This document shows, one piece after another, positions 24,750-34,000 of a DNA stretch of 41,153 nt. Origin of the DNA: an uncultured Pirellulales bacterium (GTDB lineage: Bacteria; Planctomycetota; Phycisphaerae; Sedimentisphaerales; Anaerobacaceae); assembly GCA_964399325.1 (NCBI GenBank), contig CAYNQP010000001.1, forward strand, positions 1 to 41,153, read 5' to 3'. The stretch's first letter is position 1; each line of letters opens with the position of its first letter. The notes beneath the pieces are model-generated. The model ran no database searches. It was not told the DNA's origin and saw only the letters and a list, made by a program, of their open reading frames with translations. A program made the translations under genes and the position numbers.

Positions 24750-25676
24750 ATGGCTGACGATTTCATCATCGACGTACAAGGAATAACGAAGCGTTTCGGT
24801 GACCTCGTGGCCGTCGATCACGTCGGTCTCCGGGTCCGCACGGGCGAGGTCTGCGGCTTTCTCGGCCCCAACGGCAGCGGCAAGACCACGTTCATCCGCA
24901 CCCTTTGCGGCCTGCTCCGCGCGGACGCCGGCAGCGGCACGTGCTTGGGCCACGACGTGCTCGCCGACAGTGAGGCCATCAAGCAGCAGGTCGGCTACAT
25001 GACGCAGCGGTTCAGCTTCTGGGAAGATCTGAGCGTCATCGAGAACCTCGATTTTGTCGCGCGCATGTACGGCCTGAAGGACCGTCGCCGGGCGGTGCAA
25101 GAGAGCATCGCGCGGCTGGGTCTGGGCCGGCGTAAGGACCAGCTTGCCGGGCATCTCTCCGGCGGCTGGAAGCAGCGCCTTGCCCTGGCTGCGTGCATGA
25201 TCCATCGGCCGAGGTTGCTCCTGCTCGATGAGCCTACGGCCGGGGTGGACCCGATGGCCCGCCGCGAGTTCTGGCAGGAGATCCATCAACTCGCCGGGCA
25301 GGGGCTGACGTTCCTGATCGCGACTCACTACATGGACGAGGCCGAACGCTGTCATCGTCTCGCCTTCATCCTCAACGGCCGCCTGCTGACCCACGGTACG
25401 GTCGCCGAGGTGATCGAGCAGGCCCGCTTGGTGACGTGGTCGGTCGGCGGCCCGAACCTGCTGTCACTGGCCGAGCGACTTCGCGGCCGAGCCGGTGTCG
25501 AGCAGGCCGCCCTCTTCGGCAACGTGCTGCACGTCAGCGGAGACGATCCCGCCGCGCTCGAACGAGCGACCGCGCCGTTTCGCACCGAGCCGTATGAGTG
25601 GCGCCGGATCGACTCCGGTCTCGAAGACGTCTTCATTCACTTCATGGGCGCGCCGCGAGACAGGAGCACCCCATGA
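24750..25676 (+). CDS. ABC transporter ATP-binding protein (YbhF-like, single cassette)
   Basis: GPNGSGKTT, LSGGWKQRLAL, LLLLDEPTAGVD, IATHYMDEAE. It starts 3 nt after the HlyD-like stop. Confidence 0.9.
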   Translation: MADDFIIDVQGITKRFGDLVAVDHVGLRVRTGEVCGFLGPNGSGKTTFIRTLCGLLRADAGSGTCLGHDVLADSEAIKQQVGYMTQRFSFWEDLSVIENLDFVARMYGLKDRRRAVQESIARLGLGRRKDQLAGHLSGGWKQRLALAACMIHRPRLLLLDEPTAGVDPMARREFWQEIHQLAGQGLTFLIATHYMDEAERCHRLAFILNGRLLTHGTVAEVIEQARLVTWSVGGPNLLSLAERLRGRAGVEQAALFGNVLHVSGDDPAALERATAPFRTEPYEWRRIDSGLEDVFIHFMGAPRDRSTP

Positions 25677-26812
25677 AGAGACGCGAGTTCTCTCCGGTGT
25701 GGTTTTGGGCGATGGTCGTCAAGGAGTTCATCCAGATGCGCCGGGACCGCCTGACGTTCGGGATGATGATCGGCATTCCTCTGCTGCAGCTCACGCTCTT
25801 TGGCTTCGCCATCAATTCGGACCCGAAACACCTGCCTGCCGCGGTGCTCCTGGCCGATCGCGGGCCGCAGGGTCGCACGCTGCTGCACGCCCTTCGCAAT
25901 AGCGGCTACTTCGATTTCGTTCGGTAGGTCGAGACGGAGTCCAAGGCCCACAATCTGCTGGCGCGCGGCCAGGTCCAGTTCGTCCTCAATATCCCGGCGG
26001 ATTTCACGCACGATCTGCTCCGCGGTGAGAGGCCGTCGGTCCTGATCGAAGCGGACGCGACCGATCCGGCCGCCACCGGCAACGCCCTCGGCGCTTTGCG
26101 CGCCCTGATGAACACGGCGCTGCAAAACGATCTCACCGGTCCGCTTGCCTTTCTCGCCGCCGGCGACGCGCCGGTCGAGGTGCGCATCCATGCGCTGTAC
26201 AACCCCGAAGGCATCACGCAATACAACATCGTGCCCGGCCTGATGGGTGTTGTCCTGACGATGACCATGGTCGTGATCACCTCCCTGGCGATGACACGCG
26301 AGCGAGAGCGCGGCACCATGGAGAACCTCCTGGTCATGCCCGCGCACCCGACCGAGGTCCTGATCGGCAAAATCGTTCCGTATGTCCTTGTCGGCTACGT
26401 GCAGGTCTTCCTGATCCTCGCCGCCGCGCGTTTCCTCTTTCACGTGCCCATAGTCGGCAATCTCGGCTTGCTGCTCGTTGTCACGTTAGTGTTCATCACC
26501 GCCAACCTGGCGATGGGCATCATGTTCTCCACCTTGGCCGGCAACCAGCTCCAGGCCGTGCAGATGGCGTTCTTCTTCTTCCTGCCGTCCCTGTTGCTGT
26601 CCGGCTTCATGTTTCCTTTCCGCGGCATGCCGCAATGGGCCCAGGTGATCGGAGAAATGTTTCCGCTCACGCATTTCCTGCGCATCGTCCGCGGCATCCT
26701 GCTCAAGGGCAACGGCCCTGCGGACGTTGCCGGACAGCTCTGGCAAATCGCCCTCTTCGCCGTCGTCGCCCTGACTATCGGCGTGAAACGTTACCGCCAG
26801 ACGTTGGATTAG
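25673..26812 (+). pseudogene. ABC-2 permease (YbhS/YbhR-like) interrupted by one in-frame TAG at 25925-25927
   Basis: MKRREFSPVWFWAMVVKEFIQMRRDRLTFGMMIGIPLLQL...SGYFDFVR-TAG-VETESKAHNLLARGQVQFVLNIPADF...TMENLLVMPA...FPFRGMPQWAQVIGEMFPLTHF. Both halves are in the same frame and together make one canonical ABC-2 permease. The ATG overlaps the ATPase stop (ATGA). Confidence 0.75.
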
Positions 26813-26825
26813 CCGCGACATCGCA

Positions 26826-26854
26826 TTGACAGCGATTGGTGCGTTCGGTACGTT
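26826..26854 (+). promoter_or_regulatory. Sigma70-like promoter candidate TTGACA-N17-TACGTT, copy 2 of the shared element
   Basis: ATTGACAGCGAT...GTACGTTGCTCGGC lies about 125 nt upstream of ATG 26978. I counted 33 of 47 positions identical to 23534-23580. Confidence 0.4.
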
Positions 26855-26926
26855 GCTCGGCTTTGCCTGGGCTTCGCACGTGTCGTGAGCATCTTGCCGA
26901 CGATTTGGGCCCGGCTTGGTTTTCTA

Positions 26927-26974
26927 ACGTGGGCGAGACGCCCACGGCACGCGCGGGCAAGATGCCCGCGACAC
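26927..26974 (+). repeat. REP-like element type 2, copy 1 (two adjacent hairpins)
   Basis: ACGTGGGCGAGACGCCCACGGCACGCGCGGGCAAGATGCCCGCGACAC. Hairpins: GTGGGCG/CGCCCAC and CGCGGGC/GCCCGCG. 45 of 48 positions are identical to 38110-38157. Confidence 0.75.
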
Positions 26975-26977
26975 GAT

Positions 26978-27328
26978 ATGGCATGGCTCAAATCACCTGT
27001 TCTGATCGTTGTGGCAGCGCAGTTGCTCTTCACGACCGGCGACCTGATCGCCCGTGCCAACATGCGCCACAGTCCCTTCACCTTATCGACCTTTCTGAGC
27101 GGATGGTTCCTGTTCTACTTCGTGATCCGCCAAGTGGCCATGTTCGGGCAGCTCTACGTCTTCAGCGCCCTGCAAATCGGCAAGACCATGGCCCTTTTCA
27201 GCGCCACCTCCATCGTGCTCGTGAACGTGCTCGGCATCTTCCTGCTCGGTGAGGTCCTGTCCGTCCGGGCCTACCTGGCCATCGGCATGGTCGTGCTGGC
27301 CTTCGTCATCCTTTCTTTGGCCTCGTAA
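26978..27328 (+). CDS. Small 4-TM DMT-superfamily membrane protein (SMR/EamA-half-like)
   Basis: 116 aa: MAWLKSPVLIVVAAQLLFTTGDLIARANM...ALQIGKTMALFSATSIVLVNVLGIFLLGEVLSVRAYLAIGMVVLAFVIL. The TM3-TM4 region parallels SMR/EamA helices, but the SMR TM1 Glu is not evident. No clear RBS. The track ORF start at 26885 falls inside the repeat-rich leader. Confidence 0.6.
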   Translation: MAWLKSPVLIVVAAQLLFTTGDLIARANMRHSPFTLSTFLSGWFLFYFVIRQVAMFGQLYVFSALQIGKTMALFSATSIVLVNVLGIFLLGEVLSVRAYLAIGMVVLAFVILSLAS

Positions 27329-27350
27329 TATCCTGCCCTCCGCGTTCTTT

Positions 27351-27438
27351 CGTAGGGGCGAATAATCATTCGCCCTCACGCGTGTACGGATCGGCCTGCC
27401 CACTCTCGGACCAGGGCGAATGATTATTCGCCCCTACG
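27351..27438. repeat. REP-like element type 1: perfect 26-bp inverted repeat pair, each arm itself a hairpin
   Basis: CGTAGGGGCGAATAATCATTCGCCCT (27351-27376) and its exact reverse complement AGGGCGAATGATTATTCGCCCCTACG (27413-27438) are separated by 36 nt. Each arm contains GGGCGAAT-nnnn-ATTCGCCC. The pair lies between the DMT-gene stop and the blaI-like promoter. Confidence 0.85.
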
Positions 27439-27486
27439 GGAGGCACAGGTCGCAAAAAATATCCCCGGAAAATTGCCAAATTGCCC

Positions 27487-27515
27487 TTGCAATCTCTACA
27501 AGTGTAAAGTAATCT
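27487..27515 (+). promoter_or_regulatory. Promoter TTGCAA-N17-TAATCT with a BlaI/MecI-type TACA/TGTA operator in the spacer
   Basis: -35 TTGCAA (27487-27492) and -10 TAATCT (27510-27515). The palindrome TACA-AG-TGTA is at 27497-27506. AAAGGAGG RBS precedes ATG 27545. Confidence 0.5.
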
Positions 27516-27544
27516 CGTCAATGTTAAAGAGAAAGGAGGTTCGT

Positions 27545-27928
27545 ATGGCGACGAAGAATCACGAACTGACGAAGGCGGAATGGGAGATTATCCAGGTCGT
27601 TTGGGAGCACCAGCCGTGTGCGGCCCCGACGGTCCAGGAACAGCTCGAAGCCCGCAAGAAGTGGACGTACAGCACCGTCAAGACCTTGATGGATCGCATG
27701 GTCGTCAAGGGCCTGCTCACGACCGAACGCATCCGCAACCTGATTTTGTACACTGCCGCCATCACGCGCGGCCAGGCGCAGAAGGGCGAGCTGACGAAAA
27801 CGCTGGCTCGGGCCTTCGGCGGGGCGTTCACTCCCATGATGCAGTTCATGCTCGACAGTAATGCGCTGTCACAGGAAGAGTTGAACGAGTTGGAAACGCT
27901 AATCCGAAAGAAACGCCGCCGCGCGTAG
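27545..27928 (+). CDS. BlaI/MecI/CopY-family winged-helix transcriptional repressor
   Basis: 127 aa. LTKAEWEIIQVVWEHQPCAAPTVQEQLEARKKWTYSTVKTLMDRMVVKGLL...R...Y is the Penicillinase_R signature. The C-terminal helical dimerisation part is present. Strong RBS. Confidence 0.9.
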   Translation: MATKNHELTKAEWEIIQVVWEHQPCAAPTVQEQLEARKKWTYSTVKTLMDRMVVKGLLTTERIRNLILYTAAITRGQAQKGELTKTLARAFGGAFTPMMQFMLDSNALSQEELNELETLIRKKRRRA

Positions 27929-28000
27929 AGACACCTGCCTTTTGCGTGTCCATCGCCACAGAATGCCTAAGCGAGCGTTTCAGATAGCGGAGATTCCATC

Positions 28001-31000
28001 ATGAACGCAGTGGTGCAGACAATCAACTCGGCCGGCCGGGCATTCGTCACATCGGCCTTGCCCATGCTGGTCCAATCGAGCGTTTTGATTCTGATACTGC
28101 TTCTGGTTGACCTCGTGTTGCGCCGCAAAGTCCGGGCGGTTTTTCGCTACTGGATCTGGATGCTGGTGCTGCTCAAGCTGGTGCTACCGCCTTCGCTGTG
28201 GTCGCCGGTCAGCTTCGGGACCTGGTTCGGCCGGACCCTGGAGGTCCCGACCGTGGCTTTGGAGGAGCCTGCCGAGCCTCCGCGCGAAGAACTGCCGGTC
28301 CTGCCCGGGTGGCAGCCTCAAGCGCAGCTTGGGGATGGTTTGCGTCCCACTCGGGACAACATCATCGGAGGATATGCCCCCACTTCCGGGGTGGCAGCGG
28401 CAAGCGATAGCTTGCCGATGGAGACACCGGATACGGGCCGGGCCATCGTGCTGGAGCCGGACCGATTGCCGGCTGTGCCAGCCATGACGCCGGAACCTGC
28501 ACCTTCACTGACTTGGCAAGGCCTCGCACTGCTCGTATGGGCAACCACTGCTATCGCTTTGCTCTTGTTGCTGGTCCAACGGGCATTGTTCGTCAAGGAC
28601 CTCGTGGCCCAGGCCGACCCGGCGCCGGACTCCCTGCAAAAGGCTCTCGATGCGTGTCGCGGCCGGATGGGCCTTACAGGGCGACTGACACTGAAGATCT
28701 CGCCGAATGCGACGAGCCCCGCCGTGTGCGGGTTGCTCAGCCCCGTGATCTTGATCCCCAGGAATCTCGTCCCAAGGCTGCGCCCGGGCGATCTGCAGGC
28801 CGTGCTGCTGCACGAACTGGCGCATATCAAGCGGAGCGATCTCTGGATCAATCTTCTCCAAACGCTGCTGCAGATCGTCTACTTCTACAACCCGTTGTTC
28901 TGGATTGCCAACGTTGTTATTCGCCGGGTCCGCGAGCAGGCCGTCGATGAGGCTGTCCTGGTCGCGCTGGGCGACACCGCCCGCCAGTATCCCGAGACAC
29001 TGCTCAACATCGCCAGGTTAGCGTTCCGCCGCCGGCCGGCCCTGAGCCTGCGTCTTGTCGGCGTCGTCGAATCCAAGAGCGCCCTGCGCGGCAGGATCAA
29101 GCACATCCTCAGCCGCCCCGTCCCTAAAACCGCCAAGCTGAGCCTGCTCGGTATGGCCGTGGTGTTTCTTGCCGCCGCGATCCTCCTGCCGATGGCCAAG
29201 GCCCGGAAGAACGAAGGTCGTCCACAGTTTACGGAAGCCCAGATCTCTGCTGCCCTTGAATCACTGCGAATCGACCCGAATGACAGAGAAACACTGAACG
29301 TATCTTACTGGTGGGAGGGACTCGACCTGGATTCCAATTCGAAAGTGCCGCGCCGAAACGGTTGGCCTTCTGGCGTGGACATTAGCTTTGAAGCAGAACT
29401 CAGAAATGGCAGAAGGATTGAAGACTTCGTGGCCGTAAGTCTTGGCCCGGGCCGCATCGATGCTGTATATGGTCGCAGGATACTGACCCTCAAGTCCGAC
29501 GATATTGGGGCGGCCGCCGCAGAGTTGCTCGAGCGATTCGATGAGCTTGAGAACAGCAAAGCCGGTATGAATGGCTTCTACACGAACGACCTGCCTACGT
29601 TTTTCGCGGTTCTGTCTGATGGCGTGGTCTCCGCTGCCGCCCATCTCGACCGACGCGGTGATTCTGTAGCGGCCGAGCAGAAGCTCTCGCTGATACGAAT
29701 GACGAAAGCCCTTGCACGAGATGTGAAGATCGAATACTGGCAAGGCGTGCGGCCACAGGATACGACCGGCGCAGACGCGTCGGCTCCACTGCCCCTGACC
29801 GAGCGAGCAGAGAAGGTGATGCCGGTCGCCGAGCAGGAGGCCCGACGGCTCAACCACGCCTATGTCGGCACCGAACACATTCTTCTGGCTCTGGCGCGCC
29901 AGGACGCCGCCGTCAGCGCCAAGGCCTTAAAGAACCTCGGTGCAGACATCGATACGTTGCGCGCCGAAGTGAACAAGTTCGTCCAACCCGGCTCGGAACC
30001 CGTGACCCAGCGCACGCTGCCGCAGACCCAGCGCGCCAAGAGAGTAATGAAGTGCGCTAGAGGAGAGGCCAGGACCCTCGGACACGACTACATCGGAACC
30101 GAACACATCCTCCTGGGCCTCGTGCGGGAAAAGGAAAGCATCGCCGCCCAGGTTTTGGGCAGCGTGGGTCTGACGTGGCACCAGATTCGCGCCGAGACTC
30201 TGAAATTCGTGAAACCGGGGGACACCCCGCCGGCTGATCCCGCGACGAGCACCAGCCTCGCGGATGCGGATGGTGACGGGCTGTCTGACTTTCAGGAAAT
30301 CCACAAGTACCTCACTGACCCGGCAAAAGCCGATAGCGATGGCGACGGCATTGGTGACGGCGATTGGGCGGAACGGCGTGAATATAGCTACTCCGTGCGG
30401 ACGATCTTGCGCTACCTGCCCCCGCTCGACGAAGACGGGCTCAACGACGACTTTCAGGATGCGCGCGTCCTGAACCGGACGGATGGCTGCATCGAGGTCG
30501 AGGTCATTCACTATCCGTTGGCAACCGTTTATGATTCCATCGGCGAGAATCCCAACTGGAGGCAAGACTATGCGCGCATGAGCGAGTACCTGTCACCTAG
30601 TGTGACCTCCAATTGGGATAGGCAAATGCAGCGCGACCTGCGGGCCGCCCTGAAGGCAGACAGCATCGACGTCGAGAGGCTCACGGACAAGCAGGTTGTG
30701 CAACAGGTCGCGCAATGGCTGTTGCACAGGTCGCGATCCCTCGACAAGGTCTTCACCACATACTACGCCTACTATCCTGAGGGAAAGCCACAGGTCTATC
30801 CCGGCCTGGAAGGGGCTTTTCGTAGCGAATTCGAGCGTGACAGCGACAACTACGATTGGACCCTCGACGAGCACTTCGACCACGAGCTGCTCGGCAAGGG
30901 GATGTTCTACAATCAGACGCACGGCTCCTGCACCTCCACCGCGGTCTATCTGAACACCGTGCTGCGGGCCTTGGGGATTCCGACACGCATCATCCTCGTC

Positions 31001-34000
31001 ACGCCGGCGGTCGATGCCTCCGATCGCGAGCAGATTCTTATGGTCAAGGACGCCATCACACACAACCGTGTGCGCGAGACGATGTTGGCCGGCCTGCGAC
31101 GATCCAGTCACGGCTTCACCAACCACACGTTCAACGAAGTCTACGTCGGCAACAGGTGGGTCCGCCTGGACTACAGCACGCTCGGTCCTCCCATTCTGGG
31201 GTTACGCCGGTCCGGCCTGCAGACCCGCCTCTATACCCTCAACGATCTCAGTGACGCCAACTTTGCGCCAACCTGGGGTAAACGCTACGCCGAGGGACAG
31301 CGCAACGACATGTTCAAGCACAGCAATCCGTATTCCGCCGTCAGCATCTCGGACTCGTTCGGGCCCCACAGTCGTCTGCCCAACCCGCCCTTCGATCCGC
31401 AGGATCTCGCTTCTAGTTCAAGTCCGCTGTCCGACATCTTCATCTTCTCTCCCAGCGCCATCAATGTATGGGACGAGGCTATGGCGATCGTCAAAGACAG
31501 GACGTTCAATAAGACGGGCCGGCCGCACCGAAAGGAATTCTACGAGAACATCTTCGAAGGCGTCTGGGCCAAGAAGCCGGGTGACGTCCTCGTTGCGCTC
31601 TTTTCGCTCGACACGCCGGAGCGTATCCCCGAAGGTTACGGAGATTTGCTGCCGGAGCCCTGGCCCGGAATCGAATCGCGCCTCAGACGGGGTGAGTCCG
31701 TCGAGCTCGGCGCGGAAGCACGCGAGATGAACGTCATTCTGCTCGCCGCCCCGACGGCAGCGGAACTGCCGGCTTTGGTCGAAGTCTCCACATTGCTCAA
31801 GACCTTGGGCACATCGACCGAGGCGACACTTGAGCCAGCCGAGGCTGCGGACCGACGGAGCGTTCCCAGGCCAGACGCGAAGGTAGCCGGGATCGGCCCG
31901 GCGTGGGAGGCGCTCAGGGATCGAGTCGGTGACCGTTACCGTGGAACCATCGGCGGGTTCGGCCGGGACGAGACGCGCTGTGCCGAGTACTTCGAGAAGG
32001 TGCTTTCCTGGGCACGCGCCGGAGACACCTTCGTGCTGATGTTCGCCTTCGACGAGCCTACGACGGTGCCGCCGCAGTACGAGGACCTGCTGCCAGTGCC
32101 GATGTCTGAGGTCAGTAGCCGTATCGGAGTAGGACAATGGGTTGAAGCGTCCCGGCCGGCTCGCGACCTGAACGTAGTCCTTCTGGCAGCGCCAACACTC
32201 GCACGGCTCAATGAGATCGTCAAGACGACACCACTTCTCAACGCCAACGCCAATTTCGCCGCTCCGGCCGAGGCACCCGAGACCGGCACCGCCGGCAGAC
32301 AGCGCATTCGTCTCGCTGATCTGGAGACGCCGGACGCCAATGCCGTTCTCGATCTGGCGACGGAGCAGTTGCTCTCGGCCAGGCCGATGCAGTATGACGA
32401 GGCGTACTTCCGCAAGCTGGGCAAGGGCGATCTCGTCTATGAATCCGTCGGCGGCAAGAGCGGCCTGCTCTGCCTGCGCGGCGCTCGATTGCAACGTCGC
32501 ACCGAGGCGGGCACCGAGCCACTGACTCCTGATGTCACGCACGAGTCCTTCGTTGGGTACTTTATCGAGAACGTTCCAGCCCAGTATCAAGTCACCACCG
32601 CCGAAGGTGACAGCTACGAGCTGAATGTCATCTCCATCGACCGGGGCGACGGCGGAGGCGCCCTGGTCGAGTTCTCCCGGGGCGCTACCGAGCAAACTGA
32701 GCCGGTGGCAGATGTCCTGGCGAACCTGCGCCTGCTGGCTCTGGGCGTCGTGCTGTTTGCCCACGAGCACGAAGGAAGCCTTCCCTCGACCCTGACGGCC
32801 ATCGAACCCTACGTCCCCGACCGCGAGCAGCTCGCCTGGATGCGCGCGAATGTCACCTACGTTGGCAAGGGCAATGTCAACCGCGGGGCCAAACCCTCCG
32901 CGATCCCCATCGCTTACATGAAGGCGCCGGAGCCCATGGACGGCGCTTATGTCGCCTTCATGGACGGACACGCCGCGCTCGTCCCGGCGGAGCGCTTCGA
33001 GGAGCTGGGCCTTGAGCCCGAGGACACGGCTCGCGTCAACGGCCCGGGACCACTGGGGCGATACGCCCTTTCCTTCGACGGGGTCGATGATTGCCTGATC
33101 GTACCGGCCAGTCCGTCGCTGCGGTTCAAAGCGCCCTTCTTCATTGAGGTGTGGGCGAAGCCGGATTCCTCGCCATCTTCCGCCTGGCTTGCTGATGACT
33201 TGTCGGGCCGGTATTTGACAAGCCTCATTCGACAGGGCGCAGAACTTCGCCATCCACCGGTAGCGGAGATCCTTGACGCCAACGACGCCGAGGGGATTGA
33301 GGTGGAGAAATGGCCCGTCGTATGGTCCCGCACGAAGATCGCTTTCGATGGTCTACAGTCGGGCGGTTTCATAGGCTTCACACGCGAGCGCTCCGGCTCG
33401 CTGTTTGTGATTCGGGAAGACGGGCGTCCCAGGCAAACGAATCTCTTCTCGACGAACCAATTGTTGGCGGACCGCCCGGGCTGGCGGCACTTCTACACAT
33501 GGCTGGAGGACTGGGAGGAGTATGTGCCGTCTGACGGCCCGTTGGTGATCGGCGGCAACATCCTCCCGAATGGCCCGGCCTTCAAAGGCCAGATTGCGGA
33601 GGTTCGCATCTGGAACAAGATGCTGCCCATTTACTACACGTCGTCCTGCGGGTCAACCACGGTGACGGGCAGCGAGCCGAACCTTGTCGCCTGTTGGACG
33701 TTCGAGGAGGGCAACGGCCAAATCGTCCGCGACATCAGCCCCAACGGCAATCACGCCTGGCTCGGTAGTTCTGTCGAGGCCGACGCCACCGACCCAAAGT
33801 GGATTGACCTGGCGCAGACCAATGAGATGTCAGCGAATGGGATCCCCGCGTGCGTGACTGAACCGCCAGAGCAGGAGGCCGAAGCAGGTGCAGCAGCGTT
33901 CGCCTCGATCCAACCTAGGATCGACGACGCGGACCCCCAGTTGCGCTATCTCGCTTGGCAGGTTGATGATGACGCTCAGCCCCGTCGGTATTGGTATCCA

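Noticed and set aside
23757-25394. 545-aa minus-strand ORF antisense to the HlyD-like and ABC ATPase genes
   Set aside because: Same reasoning: the opposite strand has Walker A/B, signature and HlyD motifs, and the antisense translation is low-complexity (R/G/A/P/L/E-rich).
25925-25927. TAG as a pyrrolysine or other programmed recoding site
   Set aside because: No pyl genes or recoding signals are visible in the window. It is a single occurrence in a transporter family with no known recoding, and it coincides with a second lesion in the same operon. A nonsense mutation or base error is more parsimonious, though this stays flagged as a finding to verify.
26927-26974. Possibility that the twin hairpins before the SMR/DMT-like gene are a guanidine-II (mini-ykkC) riboswitch
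   Set aside because: Mini-ykkC hairpins carry conserved ACGR tetraloops. Here the loops are AGA and AAGAT. A near-identical copy also sits at 38110-38157 in a convergent terminator region, so this is a dispersed REP-like element.
31418-33253. 611-aa minus-strand ORF (and the 503-aa one at 35738-37249) inside the giant gene
   Set aside because: The plus frame shows domain motifs and internal duplications. The antisense products are Arg/Gly/Asp/Leu-rich without motifs. They are shadow ORFs.
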